DNA of 48,545 bases from Seison nebaliae (Eukaryota), in assembly GCA_023231475.1 (NCBI GenBank), contig JALJEE010002829.1:1-48545 (forward strand), read 5' to 3'. Numbering within the stretch: position 1 is the stretch's first letter; each line of letters starts with the position of its first letter. The translations under genes and the position numbers were made by a program. The notes beneath the pieces were generated by a model, which saw only the letters and a program-made list of their open reading frames with translations, had not been told where the DNA came from and made no database searches. Below, piece after piece: positions 1 through 10,612 of the stretch.

Positions 1-330
1 CGACGATGTCCAAATCATTTTTTTGTTATCTGCGGCGCCTATCTTTCCTTTTTGTTTTTTTGGCACTTTCTTTTATGTTTTCAATAATACTTTCCTTCCT
101 AGCAAATTGAAACGCCAACGGACACAAAAGAAAATATGGGAAAACCGTATGCTGATGAGGAGGATCGTCAGAAAATGTGGTTTATGTTAATTTCTGGTAA
201 GATCCCTCAGATATGCATACGGTTCCGTATATACCCTAAGGGCGTTTCGAATTTGCTCTTTATTATTTTTTCTCTTTTGCTTTTCACTTTCTTTACTTTT
301 CTTACTACTACTCTCTCTTTTCCTGCTACT

Positions 331-435
331 ACTCTGACTTGTTCTGTCAATATTCTTACTTGTCTGGTGAGTACTCTTACTTGTTGGGTCACTAATGTTA
401 CTTGTTCTGTTACTACTCTTACTTGTCTACTTCAC
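331..435. repeat. Degenerate 21-bp tandem repeat, 5 units
   Basis: Units actctgacttgttctgtcaat / attcttacttgtctggtgagt / actcttacttgttgggtcact / aatgttacttgttctgttact / actcttacttgtctacttcac. The period is a multiple of 3, and the minus strand reads as heptads (QVRVLTR/QVRILTE). Possibly a remnant of a coding or TE sequence. Confidence 0.75.
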
Positions 436-1639
436 TTACGTTACCGCTACTTTACTTACGTAGTAATATATTACTCGTTTTTTTACTAATATGTTCATAT
501 AGTTTATGAGCTAAACCTATACCTGTACTTTTATTATTCTCAAAACAGTTCTAGTCAATAAATATGATGGAGATGTTTCGTTACAAATACTCCAGATCCA
601 AAAATATCGGATCCAGATTAAATATAGATATTAACAATTAAGTAGAACTGAAGGATATTATGTGAATTATTTCCATTTCTTATATTTGAATATGGAAATC
701 AAATGGAATCCTGTTTTTTCCCGACATTATATTCAGACATTATAATCATATAAGATGTGCTACATAAAATTGTGATCTTTATTCTGTGATCTACAAAATA
801 TGGAGAGTCACTCTAACAATAAACAATGTGTAGAATATAATATCATTTAACTTGTTAAACATTTGAATAAATTTTAAAAACATTATCTTCATTTTCTTAT
901 GATTCACGATAAATCGTTTGTTTTTATTTATTTATAATTATATTGAAGAAGAAAAGAAAGAAAAAGGAGGAAAGAAGGTAGTCGGTCTTTTCCTCACATA
1001 TAAAATTTTTGACATTTTCTGCCATTTTCATAAAAAGTCCATAGCGAAAAAGAACATAATAAAAGATAATAAAATAAGCCGAGGGACGATGTTGGTGTAA
1101 GTTCGGTCCATTCTGTGGAATGGGCTGTTGGCGACGAATATTAGCGAATCTAGTAAGTAAAACGGATAGGATAAGTGAAGAGAAAATACGAATTCGAATT
1201 AACAATGGAAGATAGTTCGATCGTGTTGCGAATGAAAATGATGCTCGTACTAATTTATTTCGGATGTGATTGAGTGAGACGGACGCCACCATTACGTGGT
1301 TTTTACTTTCTTGTTTTCACAGCTGTAATCGTTTCGAACCTTCCGCCGCAGTTATTTATTATCATGCATAGATGGAAAGACACAGATATAATTATTTGAT
1401 GATATTTGAGTCGTTCCACATGATTTGTAGTCATGATTTATAAAGTTGTTGAATGAAATAACTCACAAATGAAGAAAAAAGTTAATTTCTGATTTGTTTG
1501 TAGGTAATTGGATGGGCGTAGTTTGTGGTGGCTTTATTGAATACTTTAAATAAGTTACTCTGAAAGAAAAAATGAAATAAAACTCTACTACTTTTGAAAA
1601 GAAGCTTTAACTTTTTAAATAATATCTAAAAACCGGAAT

Positions 1640-2254
1640 ATGATTCTTCCTGATTATGATATGAATGAAGAAGATGAGATTCTGAATGAGAAATATCTCT
1701 CAATTAGGAATTTCCTCGTGTGTCAGGAGAAGATTCCTTGTGAATTGACTGAAACAATTTTATCTTTAAAAGAAAGTTCGATATTATGTCGTGGAGAGGA
1801 ATTGAATGAATTAATGTTTGAGAGTGGCACGAAATTAAATATAAATTTGTGGTTATTACAAATGGTGAAAGATGAGGATCGTGAATCTATTCAAATAGAA
1901 ATGCCGACATCATATCGTCAACGAGTTTTGGAAGTCCTTCACGCCGACGCTAAATGTGTAGATTTCAGTCAACTGACTATATTTTTTTATGATTTATTGA
2001 TCGAATTGGCTCAATTCAGATTTGTCAGTTATAAGACTATTGTTACTATTATTTTAGAAGCGTTCCGATCGAGATTTCATTTGATCATGAATGAATCTCT
2101 ACATACAGCTGATGGTAGTCTAATGGCAAATGAAGATTTAGTTCGAAAGTTTTGTTCGAATGAAAAACAATTGTTTATGAGTGGGAAATATTCGGCCGAA
2201 CATTTCCTACATTGGCTTCTTCACCAACAGAAAACTATTCGATCTTATACATAA
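1640..2254 (+). CDS. GINS3: DNA replication complex GINS subunit Psf3 (single exon)
   Basis: YLSIRNFLVCQEKIPC, GTKLNINLWL, EMPTSYRQ...LHADAKCVD, FRSRFHLIMNES and EKQLFMSG...FLHW are collinear with Psf3 family motifs. 204 aa. Confidence 0.9.
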   Translation: MILPDYDMNEEDEILNEKYLSIRNFLVCQEKIPCELTETILSLKESSILCRGEELNELMFESGTKLNINLWLLQMVKDEDRESIQIEMPTSYRQRVLEVLHADAKCVDFSQLTIFFYDLLIELAQFRFVSYKTIVTIILEAFRSRFHLIMNESLHTADGSLMANEDLVRKFCSNEKQLFMSGKYSAEHFLHWLLHQQKTIRSYT

Positions 2255-2443
2255 GTATATTTCAGAAAAAAATTCCATTATTTTTATAAAAGAAAAATTT
2301 TTTTTTAAATTTTCTTTTATTTTTCAGAAAAAAAACGAAATGAAATTTTTATGTTTGAACAAAAAATATAAAAGAAAAGAAAACAGTTTAAAATAAATAA
2401 TTAAATTTCTCTTTTGGATAATTTCTTTTGATCAGCTCACCGT

Positions 2444-5400
2444 TTAATCCGTCGTCATTTCCCACTCATTTTCCATTTTTTCAGATTTACATTTTTGGAA
2501 AAGTTGAGTTAATTGTTTGACATTGGTTAAAGTGGAGGGCATTCGAACTTTCTTCGTAACGAGAGAATTTTTCTTGAAATCATTTTCTTTTTGCTTTGCT
2601 AAATATTTCTTCCGAATATCGGCGACTTTCGACGAATCTTTACAATACATCGATTGTGATAAATGAGAAGTGTTTGTCATTTGTAAATTATCGAACATAT
2701 TCACGTTTTTGCATCTCTGTATAGAATGCCGACGAAGTGGGTTCTTATTAATATGTTTCGTATTGGTTTTTTCTAAATTATTCTCCATCACATTTGATGA
2801 TGTTGATGGAATGGTGGCAGTTGAGGTATTATTCATTAATGTCATTTTTTTGGATCGGACTGATGTTGAAAATTTGTTGGATTGTTCGAATGTTAATTTA
2901 GGTTTTTCCGAATAAGGTGGTTCGGGTAACGAGTGAACTAACGACACCATACTAGAGTGAGTGGGTAATTTTCTTCCACTACTGTTCGTATAACGTAACT
3001 TGGAAGGAAATTGAGGATTGTCTTGACGAAACGTTGTACTTCGACTATATAACATGTTATTGGGACATTTAACGGAGAAGAACTTTGATTTATTATTACG
3101 ACCATTCGTTAGTAGGAGAGTATTAACTGTTATATCATTGTTGGATTGAGTAGAAATGATGGTGGCCGTTGTAGTTGTGAGATAGGAAGAGATGGTTGAA
3201 ATGATGATTGTAGTATTCGGTTTCAAATGATTATATAACGATGTCGCCGTCGAACAATTAATTTTGGAAGTATTCACTTTTAAATAATCGAGTTTATTCG
3301 TCGAATTCACAGAAGATTCTTCAAAGAATTTCGATTTCAATTGAGAAATAGTTTTATTCGTCGATAAATGTTTCTGGATGATGTTATCGTTCTTTTTATG
3401 AACGTATTCCTTTTGTAATTGCAATCGTTCATAACCATTAATTCGATCGAGAACACTACAATTGCCGATGGAGAATCTTTTGTATTTATAGGAGGGAGTG
3501 GTAGTCGATGGTGGTGGTGGTGGTGGTGGTTGTAATAAAATTTCGTGTTTAATTTTCGTTGAATTTATAAAATATTTTTCTTTTTTATTATTATATTGAA
3601 CTTTCCCTTTCTCTTGATCATCTTCTCTCTGATTTGTTGGAACTATTTTCTTGGTAGCAACAACTCTCGCTATCGGTCGAACAGGTTTTTCGACGGTTTT
3701 ATTAAAATTAATTTCTTTCGTATTCACAATGAGATTTTCTGTTTCTTTGAAAAATTTTTGATCGTTATTTGAACTCGTATCATTATCGGATGAAAGGATG
3801 GATAAGACACTACTATGTGTAGAAATGGAAGGTGAAGTGATGGTAGTTTGGTTACATTTGATTGATTTGCACATTCTTTCCGAATCATTTTCTTTATAAT
3901 TTTCCGACGAATATTGAATACTTGATGTGGAATTGGCTTCCAATCTTTTCATCGCCTTCAACAGCTGATATGAGAGACATGTTAACGGATGATTTTTCTG
4001 ATGATTAATTGCCATTTTTTCGAAATGATTCGTTGTCAATTCATTCGAATTCATTTTCATTTCATCATTTTTCGAGTAGTTATTTATCAAATAATTATCT
4101 TCATAACATTTCATATCATATGACTTATTATAAGACTTATTAGAATCATTACCTGAATCATATTTATTATCAGTTGACAATCGTCTCTTTTCGAATGCAT
4201 ATCGATTATAATCGAAATTATCCAAATTTCTTGAATGATCTTCATCTGTCACATTTGTAGTACGACGAATTGATGATGGTAAAGTTGAAATAGATGTCAA
4301 TGATTCAGATTCGAGATTCATATTTCGATTTATCTTATGATTCGAATCATATCGATCATTCGTCTCTCCAGAATCTTTTTCCAATTCGAATGGCGAATCT
4401 TTCACCATCATCATGGGAATATTACTGTCACTACTAACGTCACTTGTATTCGTTTCGGGTGTTATATCATCAATTGATCGTAACGTTGAATCTTGTACCA
4501 TGATTAATGTGGTGGCGGTTATAGGAACGTCATCAACATCATCTTTTATTGATGATCGATTATCATATGAACATTCGTATTTGGCATCCGATTCATTCAA
4601 ATCAAAACTATCCTTCATTACTGATGAATTATCTAAAAGATTATTTTCATTAACTAATTGACTGTGATTTGGTGAGACATTCACATTCGTTTTTACGTCA
4701 TCGAATTCGGTTTTGTGGATGGAATTTATTGATATATTACTCTGCGTATCTGACGTCGATATGATACTGTTATTTTGAATGGATTTCTTTCCTGATGTTA
4801 TCATTCGATTTAATGTATTACTTAATTCCTTCAACTCATTAAACGACGTTGTCTTCTCCTTATTAGGAACATTCAACTCGGTATTGACTCCCATTTCGCC
4901 CTCAATTTTATTTAAAAAATTTCCACATTTTTCATCATTTTCTATTTTTTCCGATTCTGATAATGAATCATTCCGTCCGTTTCTTAACAATTCATCTCGT
5001 CTTTCTTCTTCGTCTCGCGTCTCCTCATCATCTTTCATAAAAATCGTTGTTATTCCAGTCGGTGTCTCTTGTCGTAAATTCTTTCCATTTTCCATAAAAT
5101 CATTCGAATTTCCATCAATTTTTTCATCACTCTCTAAATTTATCTTTGGATCAGATGATTCTTCTGTCTTTCGATGCACAATCGAATTTTTTAGTTTGAT
5201 CGGTAATTTACTCTTTGGCTTCAACTTCTCTACGACTTTCTCACTCGTCACATTTTTGGACATCGGTTGGGGTATCTTCGATTTCTGATGGTGACATTGA
5301 GATCGTCGATTAAATGATTGAAAGATATTATCATAATTTCTCGAACGTTCTTTCGATTTCGTTTTCAAATTCTGATTATCATTTTTCCCATTTTTCGACG

Positions 5401-5599
5401 ATTTCTCATTCACCGTCGTCGAGTTCAACGATGGTATTAGAGAATACTGTTTATCTCTTTTATATCTGTTGTTATTGTTGTTTGGTTGATTGTTGATTCT
5501 AGGACTCCGATAAGGAGCGATAGAATGCAGACGAGAGAGTAGAACTACATTATGCGAGTTGATGTCGTTTGATGAGTTTTGAGGTAAATAATTTTTCAT
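2444..5599 (-). CDS. Large intronless low-complexity (Asn/Ser/Thr/Lys-rich) disordered protein with SxIP, poly-Pro and putative F-actin-binding short motifs
   Basis: Uninterrupted 1051-aa ORF in AT-rich DNA with no globular domain recognised. Motifs: SKIP, SKLP, PPPPPPP, SVLDRINGYE, ISQLKSKFFE, NVKQLTQLFQ. Confidence 0.8.
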   Translation of the reverse strand: MKNYLPQNSSNDINSHNVVLLSRLHSIAPYRSPRINNQPNNNNNRYKRDKQYSLIPSLNSTTVNEKSSKNGKNDNQNLKTKSKERSRNYDNIFQSFNRRSQCHHQKSKIPQPMSKNVTSEKVVEKLKPKSKLPIKLKNSIVHRKTEESSDPKINLESDEKIDGNSNDFMENGKNLRQETPTGITTIFMKDDEETRDEEERRDELLRNGRNDSLSESEKIENDEKCGNFLNKIEGEMGVNTELNVPNKEKTTSFNELKELSNTLNRMITSGKKSIQNNSIISTSDTQSNISINSIHKTEFDDVKTNVNVSPNHSQLVNENNLLDNSSVMKDSFDLNESDAKYECSYDNRSSIKDDVDDVPITATTLIMVQDSTLRSIDDITPETNTSDVSSDSNIPMMMVKDSPFELEKDSGETNDRYDSNHKINRNMNLESESLTSISTLPSSIRRTTNVTDEDHSRNLDNFDYNRYAFEKRRLSTDNKYDSGNDSNKSYNKSYDMKCYEDNYLINNYSKNDEMKMNSNELTTNHFEKMAINHQKNHPLTCLSYQLLKAMKRLEANSTSSIQYSSENYKENDSERMCKSIKCNQTTITSPSISTHSSVLSILSSDNDTSSNNDQKFFKETENLIVNTKEINFNKTVEKPVRPIARVVATKKIVPTNQREDDQEKGKVQYNNKKEKYFINSTKIKHEILLQPPPPPPPSTTTPSYKYKRFSIGNCSVLDRINGYERLQLQKEYVHKKNDNIIQKHLSTNKTISQLKSKFFEESSVNSTNKLDYLKVNTSKINCSTATSLYNHLKPNTTIIISTISSYLTTTTATIISTQSNNDITVNTLLLTNGRNNKSKFFSVKCPNNMLYSRSTTFRQDNPQFPSKLRYTNSSGRKLPTHSSMVSLVHSLPEPPYSEKPKLTFEQSNKFSTSVRSKKMTLMNNTSTATIPSTSSNVMENNLEKTNTKHINKNPLRRHSIQRCKNVNMFDNLQMTNTSHLSQSMYCKDSSKVADIRKKYLAKQKENDFKKNSLVTKKVRMPSTLTNVKQLTQLFQKCKSEKMENEWEMTTD

Positions 5600-6689
5600 T
5601 CGATAATTTCTTGCACTTTCCCAATAAACTGGTTACATGAAATAATTGGAGATGCGGGAATGTTGCAGGTTTCGTTTCTGCTGAACTTTGCTGGAAATAA
5701 TAATGTAAATAAATTTAAAGTTTATTTAATTAATCGGAAATTTGTTGGACGGAGAAATGAACGCGGAAAGAAATTTTATGTAGAAGACGAAAACTATTTA
5801 TCGATATTGTTTCGTGTATCAACAGATAGATTAAAAGAAAAGAAAGAAATGCGAAGACAGAAGCGATTAAGAGACTATAAAAAAAACGTGAAAATAATTT
5901 CACTCATTCTTTCTAATTTGACAAATGAATTTGAAAGAACGCGGATGTGTTCACGTAAAACTTCTCTCCTTTGAGGAAGCACAAAACTAACACAAACGAA
6001 AAGATACTTTTTTCTTGATGACAACCACAACGCACATCTTTTTTCCATTACGTAACATTTGAACGACTAAACTTCAAAATATACTAACAAAATTAGAACG
6101 CAATTTATCATAATAGTGAAGTGAATGAATAGATAAATGAATTAAAAAATTAATAAACGATATAAAAAATTTGTAAGAGAAGAAGAACAGTTATAATATT
6201 GATGGATGAATATCTGAATAATTTCATCAATTAAACTTCTTTGGGTGTATGTCTTATGTCGATTGTTTCCAAAGCAATCATTCAAATTTCAGTTCTAGAA
6301 ATGAAGCCATGAAAAGTGTGGACAAAACTCCACAAACATTTCAAAGTTTTACGAGTACTTCCAAAAGAATTGTTGAAAAAAAACTTTTTGTTCGACATAT
6401 TTCATTAAAAAAGGAAATGTTAAATAACTTAAGTTAGTTTCAATAAGTGGTAAAATACTCTAGCTAGTTAATAACAGATGTCAATCGGTTTGAAAGCATT
6501 CTTCCAAAACCATGCGCGAATGATGAACAAGACTTCAATTGCAATTCACTCGTTCATTCTCAATCATACAAGAATTTTAAGGGGTAAGCGGACTATGATG
6601 GACGTGTCGTATTTTAATTAATTTACCAACTTCACCACTTCGCTGTATATTGGGAAAAATATTGAACAAGTAGTATATTGAGATGAGAA

Positions 6690-6990
6690 ATGATAAGAGA
6701 TTGTCAAAAAAGTGCGTTGACGTGAGAGAATTTCGAAGATGTTACATCCTAGATATCTGAGAACAATAGTCTGTTTGTTTCATAAAGTTTATTGGGAATT
6801 TCCCTAATACCTAATTCATATTTATCTCCTTCTTCCCGTCGATATATGTAAATCCTGAAGAAGAATCTACTAAAGGATATAGTGAATTATCGACTCACAC
6901 ACAGAGAGGTGAAGAGTACAATTTGGGTGTAAGGAGGAGGTATTACAATTTGGAGAATCATTAAAGGTTAGATGTACATAGGAAAAACAT
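6690..6990 (+). mobile_element. Possible highly decayed Tc1/mariner-like transposase fossil
   Basis: Broken frames give LSKKCVDVREFRRCY, SSRRYM*ILKK and GGGITIWRII, in the order of Tc1 motifs (RLEFA..., DGRRYVWR, GGGSIMIWG). Many stops and frameshifts. Confidence 0.3.
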
Positions 6991-7780
6991 TCTCATTCAA
7001 AACTCTAACCCGTTCGGGTTCGATCGTTTCTTTTTAATTAAATGACATTCACTCACTTATTTCACCAAGAACCGAGTGACAAATAGTGCTGTTCAAACGA
7101 ACATGAACAAAAATGGACTGTTCTCGAATATAATTTTGATGTCTGGTTTTTGAAAATCAGTTGAACGAGAACGAAATAAATTGTTCTTATCAATACCGCT
7201 CGAACGAAAGTTCTCATTTCGTTCGCGAACGCTTTCTATAAAAATTTTATAAAAATTTTACAAAATTTCCCAGAAAAGATAAAAAATGAATCAAATGACA
7301 TGTATACAGTGACAGTTTGGACAGTTATGAAAATATTTTTATTTACAAAATGAATGAAGATAATAATGAAGAAAATTTTAGTCGGTTTATCACTGACAAA
7401 CCGGCCAACTGAATGCAAATAAACCGAACTTTCCGATGTGTAAAATATCCGGAGTGTCATCGATTTGTTTAAATTCACATAAAAAGAATCTTCTTTTATG
7501 AGAGAGAAGTTAAAAGGTTTTCTATATCTCATTAATCTTAATAAACTGATGATGATGATGATTTTAAAGGAATTTGTAATTTTTTTTTCTTCAATGTTAA
7601 TTACAGATCATTTTTTGTTACCAGTTTTAAGATAATCGAATTCTGAACACTTTTTCATTCGTTTTGACGTCATCACTTCCTCATTTTTATCACCTACCAA
7701 ATTTGAATTATTAAGATCGAATATAATTGTCATATAATTTTGAAGAAAATCGAATAATATTCATGAAAAAAAGGTTATCA

Positions 7781-10464
7781 TTAAATCGACAAATCATCTC
7801 CTTCCATAAGGAAAGAGTTGAGACAATTCGTATGTAATTGAGTTGAACAATGGCTGCAATTATATCCTTGCGTCATCATTCCACTAGTAGAATGAGAATT
7901 ATTAGTAATAAATAGATGAGATGTACTAGATATGACAAACATTAATAAACGTCCGCAAAACTTACATAATTGACCGACCTCCAATGTTTCCAAAATGAAT
8001 CGATGTTTATCACTCGTCGTATTGGTTGGACAGGTTCTGGTTCTATACAAATCATTAATCATCTTTTCCGATGGTAATTGGATAACTTAGTCGATATGAA
8101 GATATCGTACCAATTGAGACACTCGTCTTCAGTTTTGAATGATAATTTCATCTTTCTTTCTTTACTCTTCATTCGAATGTGTAGATATAATTTAAATGGA
8201 TAATCATCATTCTTCATTTCCACAATACTGAAACGACAATTTTCCATATCGATCTTGATCGATTTGTTCTGAATTTCCATTAGGCAAATTAGGAAGAAAT
8301 CAAACCGTAAATATAACCTCAACATCTTTCAAAACGATACATCTCTCAAATAGACAAATATCACTGAAATTTGATTTTCATTTAAAAATTTCTCAACAAA
8401 AACTCTCTAACTTTTTCTTCGATTTCTCTACCGATCCTTTTTTCACCAATTTCCCGAACGATTTTATAAACTGTTTCAAACACATTTCTCAACCAATTTA
8501 CTCGTAAAATTTATAACATCCGGGTCTTGTGTATATCGACTTAAAATGTCTGCCGATTCCTGAAAATTTTTTCGATCCACCAAATATTCATCGATATGTC
8601 GTGTGACATCCTTATAATTATGATGGAAATTAAGAAACTGATTTTCCAAAAAAAAACCTTCAATAAATGTGACGTTTTCAGCAAATGAACGTTCTCGTAA
8701 TCGACTAAACAATTTGACAAGAAATTTTGTAAATTCTTCGAAACATATTTTTTTACCGTTTTTTTTAAATTTAAAATTTTTTAAGTTTAACTTTAATAAT
8801 TTGGAGGTATTTCGAAAGGCGACCGATCGGTTGTCTTAATATCGATAAAAAATGAACAACTGGTGATATTTTGCTTTTGGGTTTATGTTTCTAAAACATT
8901 ATTGTGAATCGTGGTAATGGATAAATGTAAACTTTGATTATATATCTGATTTTCCTCATTTTAACTAACTCGTTAATTTTGTGTTTCCATTGGGAATGAT
9001 TGGCCGTGTAAATGTCGTAGTTGAGGAACCAGGTCCAATTAGCAGTGAAGACGGAACAGAACTTCTTTATCACTTTCTCCATATTCTTCAGATTATGACC
9101 GGACGTATCGATTATCGATTTTTTATCAATGACAAATTGTTTGAGATCGACATGTAATTTCTCGTGAAACATTTGAATATCTTGGATATTTTGGAAGATG
9201 ATTGGAATAATTTTTAGCTTATCCGATTTCAAATTCTCTCGAACATCATCCATCACTTTCACCAGATAATGGAGTGATGATAAATAATCGTTTTCATTCT
9301 CAATAAAATTTTGAATTTCATTATCAATTTTTATCATTGACAAACGGAAATTCCTTTTCATAATTGATATTTCATCAATTGATTACAAAAGATCTTTAAA
9401 ATTATCGAATTGAATCTCTAACTCTTTATTGACGATTTTTCCTTCGACATTTTTATTTCTCCGACAATCTTTCTTAAGTTTATCGTCGTCGATCATATTA
9501 TCATTATACGTCTCATCAGCTTGATAGAGATCTTCGTAGAAATTGAGATCTTCCGAATTGCTGAATTGAGTTGGCTCATCCGAACAAGAAACAGATATTT
9601 GTTGGAAAATGTTCTGAGAAGAATACAATTTAATCAAAATTGTACAAAAATGGAAATGAAACTTTAAAGAAACTAATTGTCAACATGATCGTTTGTCGAA
9701 TATTGAAACCATCATTCTCATCATATTCCATATAGATCTCTTCAAATTTCTTCTCAATCATCAAATATTATAAAACCATAAAATGGAAAATGAGAACCGT
9801 GAGAAAAGAGAAATATGTTCTCAAATGTGTCATACTAATATTCATTGTACCGTCAAAAAAATCGACAAATTTATCGAATTCTTCCTACGAAAATAAATTG
9901 GAAGATGAAAAAAAGGAGAAGGGAAAACATCTTCGTTTCCTTGATATTGTTTTAATTGGAGAATGTTGATGAAATAAATTTCATACGATTGTAAATTGGC
10001 AATTGAATTGTTGAATATTCGGAAGATACTTTGGATGGACATACAAATGATCTCTTTATCACTATAACTTTCATAAGTCAATTCTTCCAGATCGAACAAT
10101 TGTTTCGCAATCGTCGAATGAAGTAATTGGAGATTGGCAATACTTTCCAAAATTTTCTTGACATAATGATAAATTTTATTGTTCGATTGAAAATAATTGT
10201 CGCGTTTGACAATCGAATTCAATTCCTGAAGATAATTCGATTCGATTGTACATAATCGACGAATTATCGATTGAATATAATCGGGAGTAATTTTCAAATT
10301 TCTTCGAGGGAGTTGTAGAGATGAATGGAATAATTTTCTAACTCAACTTCATTTCCCTTACTCAATTCGCCTGTATCAAGTATAATTTCACATTTATCTG
10401 TGTAAGTTTCGCTAGTCGTCTTCTCGTCCACATCAACTATACAATATAAATTATCTTTCTTCAT
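7781..10464 (-). CDS. Vav-like Rho guanine exchange factor: DH-like - acidic linker - DH - PH - C1 (at least 14 exons; 3' end uncertain, may extend to about 7236)
   Basis: ATG at 10464. The spliced product contains DH motifs (EIQNFIENENDYLSSL, IFQNIQDIQMFHEKL, RQPIGRLSKYLQIIK), PH (FGKLVKKG, LFERCIV, LSFKTEDECLNWY) and C1 (HRF..CKFCGRLL.GMMTQGYNCSHC..LHTNC). 13 GTT..AG introns restore the frame. Confidence 0.8.
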
Positions 10465-10612
10465 TTAATCAGTTCAATTCAAATTATTCTCCTCATCATT
10501 TTATGATGATATCATTATTTATTTACTTCTCATCTGTCAATCATTAGATGGTGGACAATGAAATTTATGCTGATAATACAAGTTGTGCAAAAGTTTATTT
10601 TATTTATTCTAA

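Noticed and set aside
331..435. CRISPR-like array
   Set aside because: Head-to-tail degenerate 21-mers with no spacers, no cas genes, and a eukaryotic context.
136..489. Plus-strand 117-aa ORF as a gene
   Set aside because: Largely made of the 21-bp repeat and T-rich low complexity; no recognisable domain.
2670..5496. Plus-strand ORFs inside the 1051-aa gene (and similar antisense ORFs in ZDHHC, BTBD10, CMIP)
   Set aside because: Shadow ORFs of the real coding strand.
7005..7030. tRNA T-loop-like GGTTCGA
   Set aside because: No cloverleaf, acceptor stem or A-box.
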